64,000 nucleotides of DNA from a virus (Duplodnaviria > Caudoviricetes): positions 160,001-224,000 of the IMG/VR virus record IMGVR_UViG_3300021256_000002; one strand, given 5' to 3'. The translations under genes were made by a program, and so were the position numbers. Positions 60,241 through 64,000 of this stretch are shown in pieces. The notes beneath the pieces were generated by a model, which ran no database searches, had not been told where the DNA came from, and worked only from the letters and a program-made list of their open reading frames with translations. The first letter of the stretch is position 1; every line of letters starts with the position of its first letter.

Positions 60241-60504
60241 TTATCTGCTAATCAGACTCATGATATACCTCGCATAATTCTCTGGAGTATGTTCATCTGA
60301 TGAGTCAAGATAGCTAAGATCATCTGGACAAACCGTGTCCGAGTATGAAATTGTAATTTTGCTTTCATCTCCTTTCTTAATGCTAAAAACCCGATACAAT
60401 TGTAATGCGCCGGGTTCACCATCTTCCACACAAGCTTTAAATTCAGGGTATGATTTATTAATCACATTAGCTGTCTTGTGTAAGAAGTCTACTAAACTTA
60501 ACAT
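60241..60504 (-). CDS. early hypothetical protein
   Basis: GAGGTG RBS, early motif at 60523-60540, first gene of the nvRNAP beta' operon. Confidence 0.7.
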   Translation of the reverse strand: MLSLVDFLHKTANVINKSYPEFKACVEDGEPGALQLYRVFSIKKGDESKITISYSDTVCPDDLSYLDSSDEHTPENYARYIMSLISR

Positions 60505-60522
60505 TTTTACTTCACCTCGGAT

Positions 60523-60616
60523 TAATAATATATAATTGAATTGTAGGTTAAAAAATTGGGATTCATTGAACTATTCAGGAAATCCAAAACTCTAAAATCT
60601 CAAATATATATTATAT
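60523..60616. promoter_or_regulatory. divergent early-class promoters
   Basis: TTCAATTATATATTAT on minus (60523-60540) and CTCAAATATATATTATAT on plus (60599-60616). Confidence 0.65.
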
Positions 60617-60663
60617 AGGTAGCCGAATAAGAAATACGCATATCTTGAAAGGATGTGATTATT

Positions 60664-61107
60664 ATGCGTATTAACGACATCGACAAACTGCCGAGCAATC
60701 CCAAAGGGGTTGCTATGTTTCTAGCCCTTTACGGGGGCGAAGAGATTACCATTCAGGTTCGTGAGAACCTGATGGTTCTTATCCCGGTGGATGATGACCA
60801 CTGGGATGTCGAGTTCAACGGTGAGTACTTAGGTACACAGGCCGTTGAGCAAGTCGCAAGTGGTATCTGCCAGTTCAAGCGGCAAGTCACCGCCGCAAAC
60901 CGGTATCGGGCTTTCCAGCACGCTACCGCACAGCCAACCTGGCAACAGTCGGCTCCGCCACAAGGTGGTTATCCTCGTCTACCGCTCCAGCCGCAGAGTG
61001 GATATTCTCTGCCCCGCCGCACCACCACACCGGAACCTGATATCATTGATATTGGGTCCAGGTTGATTGGGTCGGTCTTCGGCGGCATCCGTCGCGGATT
61101 GTACTGA
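60664..61107 (+). CDS. early hypothetical protein with P/Q-rich C-terminus (stand-alone cassette)
   Basis: Early motif, GAAAGGA RBS, own terminator, GC-richer than flanks. Confidence 0.7.
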   Translation: MRINDIDKLPSNPKGVAMFLALYGGEEITIQVRENLMVLIPVDDDHWDVEFNGEYLGTQAVEQVASGICQFKRQVTAANRYRAFQHATAQPTWQQSAPPQGGYPRLPLQPQSGYSLPRRTTTPEPDIIDIGSRLIGSVFGGIRRGLY

Positions 61108-61221
61108 TTAGAGGAAGGAAGTTGGAGGGCACGGCCGATTCTCCAACTTCTTTCTTTTCTTCTTTTTGTATGAATCATCACAATTTTATAATGATTAATC
61201 GAAAATAAGGGGTGTAAAACT

Positions 61222-62247
61222 ATGTTCCATAATACAACTAAAATTTGGGAAGGTATTAAGAATGTTAAAATTCTTACTATCAATGATTTAGACCATCAAG
61301 TAGCTCTGGCGTATGCATGTCAAGGGATACGTGAAATAGATAGCGACATTACTATCGAAATCATTGATTGCACATGCAAAGCGGTAGTCCCTCCCATAGT
61401 AGAAAACCCTGTTGATGATACAATGATTTTATTTTTAGGATACGTTCCTAACATGATGTATTTACACAACGTGATTTGTATGGTAAAGGATTACCATGTG
61501 ATATATATCGATAATGATATAATCCGTTTACAGAATCTTCGTAATCTGGAATGTGCTAAGAATATCAACGGGTTGATTATTCCTAACTTCAGTATAGGTG
61601 TATTGACGTATATGTACTTCAAATACAATATGAGATACGCTACATATGAATGGTCAACTCAAGTATTCTGTAAGGCGTACAATTATCCGTTGGAATTAAC
61701 CAACCCTGTTGAAGCTGCAAAAGTTTTGAATTTGGTAGATAGACCGGTTACAGACATTTCGATGTATACGTTATATCCAAAGGAACTGAAGTTTGCTGAA
61801 TTCCGTAGATGTTGTGTATATCAAAATATCCTTGATTCCAATTTGGAAGATTTGAATGATCCTGGTATAATCAGTACTCTTAATGATTATATTGATGCAG
61901 AGACTCTTGATACAGCAGCTGAATCTACTGATGTAGCGAACAAGCGTATCATGAATAACGCATATAAAGGTGTTCTTCGTAAATGTGAACATCTGAAAGT
62001 AATTGCTATCAATACACCAGAAGGAACTGGAATGACTTTCATAAACGGTAAAGTATGGGATAAATTCCATCTTGGTATATCATTCCACTTTGACGGCAAT
62101 ATGTGGTACAAAGTATGGAGACTGGGTCTTGAACCTGAAAAGAAAATCAACTGCGCAAAGATTGCTGAATCTTATGGTGGTCATGGCAGAGAATCTTATG
62201 GCGAATTCAGAACATCCGGTCAATTAGAAGTTTTAGCGATTAACTGA
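61222..62247 (+). CDS. degenerate DHH/DHHA1-like phosphoesterase
   Basis: NDLD, YIDND in place of DHH, C-terminal IAESYGGHG. Confidence 0.55.
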   Translation: MFHNTTKIWEGIKNVKILTINDLDHQVALAYACQGIREIDSDITIEIIDCTCKAVVPPIVENPVDDTMILFLGYVPNMMYLHNVICMVKDYHVIYIDNDIIRLQNLRNLECAKNINGLIIPNFSIGVLTYMYFKYNMRYATYEWSTQVFCKAYNYPLELTNPVEAAKVLNLVDRPVTDISMYTLYPKELKFAEFRRCCVYQNILDSNLEDLNDPGIISTLNDYIDAETLDTAAESTDVANKRIMNNAYKGVLRKCEHLKVIAINTPEGTGMTFINGKVWDKFHLGISFHFDGNMWYKVWRLGLEPEKKINCAKIAESYGGHGRESYGEFRTSGQLEVLAIN

Positions 62248-62251
62248 CTAG

Positions 62252-62284
62252 AATCCCACATGAGGAATTACCTCATGTGGGATT
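62252..62284. terminator. bidirectional terminator
   Basis: AATCCCACATGAGG/CCTCATGTGGGATT inverted repeat. Confidence 0.75.
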
Positions 62285-62290
62285 TTTATG

Positions 62291-62647
62291 TTAACGCTTA
62301 GCTATAACGATAGTCACCGTATTACCATCTGTTTTGGTAATTTCAGCTGAATATTCATCATGATTCCAAGCACAACTTGATTGACACTTCAAAAGATGAA
62401 TCAAGTCATCACCAAATTCAACATTCGTAGTCAGGATGAAAGAAAGAGTATCACTCAAAAGACACTCAACATCATCTATTTTTTTGATGATTTCATCAGC
62501 CGCTATGATATTATAGGCATAAGCGAATTTCAAATAATGATTTGTTATCAAGTCTTCGAAATACGCAAGATCATTCAGATGCTTATCAAGAGTTTTGTTG
62601 AAGACTTGGATTCGATTTTTTTCCATACCAATCATCCTCGTGTCCAA
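62291..62647 (-). CDS. hypothetical protein
   Basis: 118-aa ORF in operon. Confidence 0.65.
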   Translation of the reverse strand: MDTRMIGMEKNRIQVFNKTLDKHLNDLAYFEDLITNHYLKFAYAYNIIAADEIIKKIDDVECLLSDTLSFILTTNVEFGDDLIHLLKCQSSCAWNHDEYSAEITKTDGNTVTIVIAKR

Positions 62648-62650
62648 CGT

Positions 62651-62836
62651 CTACCTTTTACTTATTCGATTTCTAATCTCGTTCATTTCACGTTCACGAG
62701 CTTCTTTCTCTCTCAAACGTTTTTCTTCTTCAGCTTCTTTGAGTTTTCGTTGTATACGAATATCTCTCCGTTGAATTAGTTCTTTGAGACTCATTGATTC
62801 AAGTACATGAATATCACCAAGTTCACCTTTGAACAT
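62651..62836 (-). CDS. small coiled-coil ORF, possibly a -1 frameshift extension of the upstream gene
   Basis: No SD before the ATG; frame open from 62920. Confidence 0.55.
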   Translation of the reverse strand: MFKGELGDIHVLESMSLKELIQRRDIRIQRKLKEAEEEKRLREKEAREREMNEIRNRISKR

Positions 62837-62871
62837 TTCAGCGGTTTCATCAATCAGCTGCCAATAACGAG

Positions 62872-64000
62872 TTATTCGATCGTTGTCTGAGTTCGGCGTT
62901 GGACTCGCTGAAAAAGCAATCTATCCAGATTCATGCTGTATGCACCATGGTGATGTCCGCAATTCGTACATACAACGTCATCAAGACCGTAAGTAACTGT
63001 ATACGGACGGAGCATACGAGTAATCATAGTTTCGATGGTTGCCAGCTGTTCATCATTGAAAGTCTTCATGAATTCAACAATGTCTTCCAGAGTGTCGATT
63101 TCATCATACTCGAGATCATCGAAGTTATCTACCTCATCCAGATTTACCGGAACCAGAATACGACGAATGTTATGAGCAAATACAACCATACGAGTATCAG
63201 CACCGTTTATCATTTCCGGAGTGATACGCGGCAGGATGTTTTCAACCTGCTCCTTGACACTCGGCACATAGATATCTACAAGGATTGCACTGATATCATC
63301 CGTACGGAAACGTACCAACGAAGAAACAACAGAGTTGTCAATCATGTACTTGTAGTTATCTTCCTTGCTGTGATACATACTGCGTTCGAACAAGTCGTTC
63401 ATTACCGCAACACGTTCAGGCGGAACATCGGTTGTACGAAGAAGAGCCCGATTGTTGTACTTGACCGTAAAGTCTTTCTGACAGTTCGGACGAGTACATG
63501 TAAAAGTTACGCTATCTTCTTCAGGATAAGAGTTACACAGAATCGTGTAGATAAAGTTATTGTAATCGGCATATGCCGTATGAGAAATGAAATCATCAAA
63601 CGTCTTGAAATCACCTACAGAGCAATCAGTCAGTTTGCTGTAAATCAAAGACCATTTCTCAAGCAGACTAGCCGTGCTTTCATTCTGCGTCGGGCGCTGA
63701 ATGAGCTGAAGAGATTCAGAAGACGACACATTCATCATCTTACCAGTATACAGTGAAGCCAATGCCATCACCGGTGCATAAGAACGGTTATAAGACCGCT
63801 TGGTGTACGTCGTCTTTTTAGTTTTATCATCCTTCTTACGGATTTTTACCGTATGAAGTTTCTTGTCTTCCACCTCAACGAGATGGATTTTCTTAGCCGC
63901 GTCGATACGTTTCTGCTCTTCTTCAGTGAAGTTCATCTGGCCCATACCGACCTTATCAATCAGAATGGTTACTTCATTTGCAAGGTCAGCGTTACGAGCT
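62872..64000 (-). CDS. baseplate-hub/tail assembly chaperone-like protein (T4 gp26-like), 5'-truncated
   Basis: CTRPNC and CTNC Zn pairs; frame open to the window edge. Confidence 0.55.
   Translation of the reverse strand, partial: ARNADLANEVTILIDKVGMGQMNFTEEEQKRIDAAKKIHLVEVEDKKLHTVKIRKKDDKTKKTTYTKRSYNRSYAPVMALASLYTGKMMNVSSSESLQLIQRPTQNESTASLLEKWSLIYSKLTDCSVGDFKTFDDFISHTAYADYNNFIYTILCNSYPEEDSVTFTCTRPNCQKDFTVKYNNRALLRTTDVPPERVAVMNDLFERSMYHSKEDNYKYMIDNSVVSSLVRFRTDDISAILVDIYVPSVKEQVENILPRITPEMINGADTRMVVFAHNIRRILVPVNLDEVDNFDDLEYDEIDTLEDIVEFMKTFNDEQLATIETMITRMLRPYTVTYGLDDVVCTNCGHHHGAYSMNLDRLLFQRVQRRTQTTIE

Noticed and set aside
56115-60504. Chimallin next to nvRNAP beta' as in phiKZ
   Set aside because: Neighbouring ORFs have the wrong size and no recognisable similarity; cannot be excluded elsewhere in the genome.
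1-64000. Stop-codon reassignment or tRNA genes
   Set aside because: Core genes are intact in the standard code with all three stops used; no tRNA cloverleaf was spotted by eye.

Overview
This window is part of an AT-rich jumbo myophage genome of the AR9/PBS1-phiKZ-related type. The host is probably a Firmicute, inferred from the long AAGGAGG ribosome-binding sites. It encodes pieces of two multisubunit RNA polymerases: a virion-type beta' N subunit (21250-22845), and non-virion beta' N (57797-60221), beta' C (993-3128) and an AR9 gp226-like promoter-specificity subunit (10996-12540). Other recognisable genes are a split family-B DNA polymerase, primase, RecA-like ATPase, ThyX, GroEL-like chaperonin, tubulin/FtsZ-family protein, portal, prohead protease, PPK1, MYG1 and three paralogous tail-fibre/adhesin proteins. 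Main observations: (1) The non-virion beta' N gene is interrupted by three paralogous ORF-less group I introns, one splitting the catalytic NAD|FDGD motif; splicing restores a 516-aa frame. (2) Two promoter motifs sort the genes into early (TATATATTAT) and late (NACA-N6-TA) classes. (3) A late promoter starts exactly at the base of an unannotated ~230-290 nt rod-shaped RNA (57494-57790) with an exposed anti-Shine-Dalgarno bulge, and a similar antisense RNA overlaps the tubulin operon leader. (4) An AR9-type (uracil-reading family) sigma-like subunit co-occurs with thymidylate synthase. (5) Duplicated early expression cassettes carry a built-in anti-SD upstream of the promoter. All protein calls are from motif recognition by eye; no searches were run.
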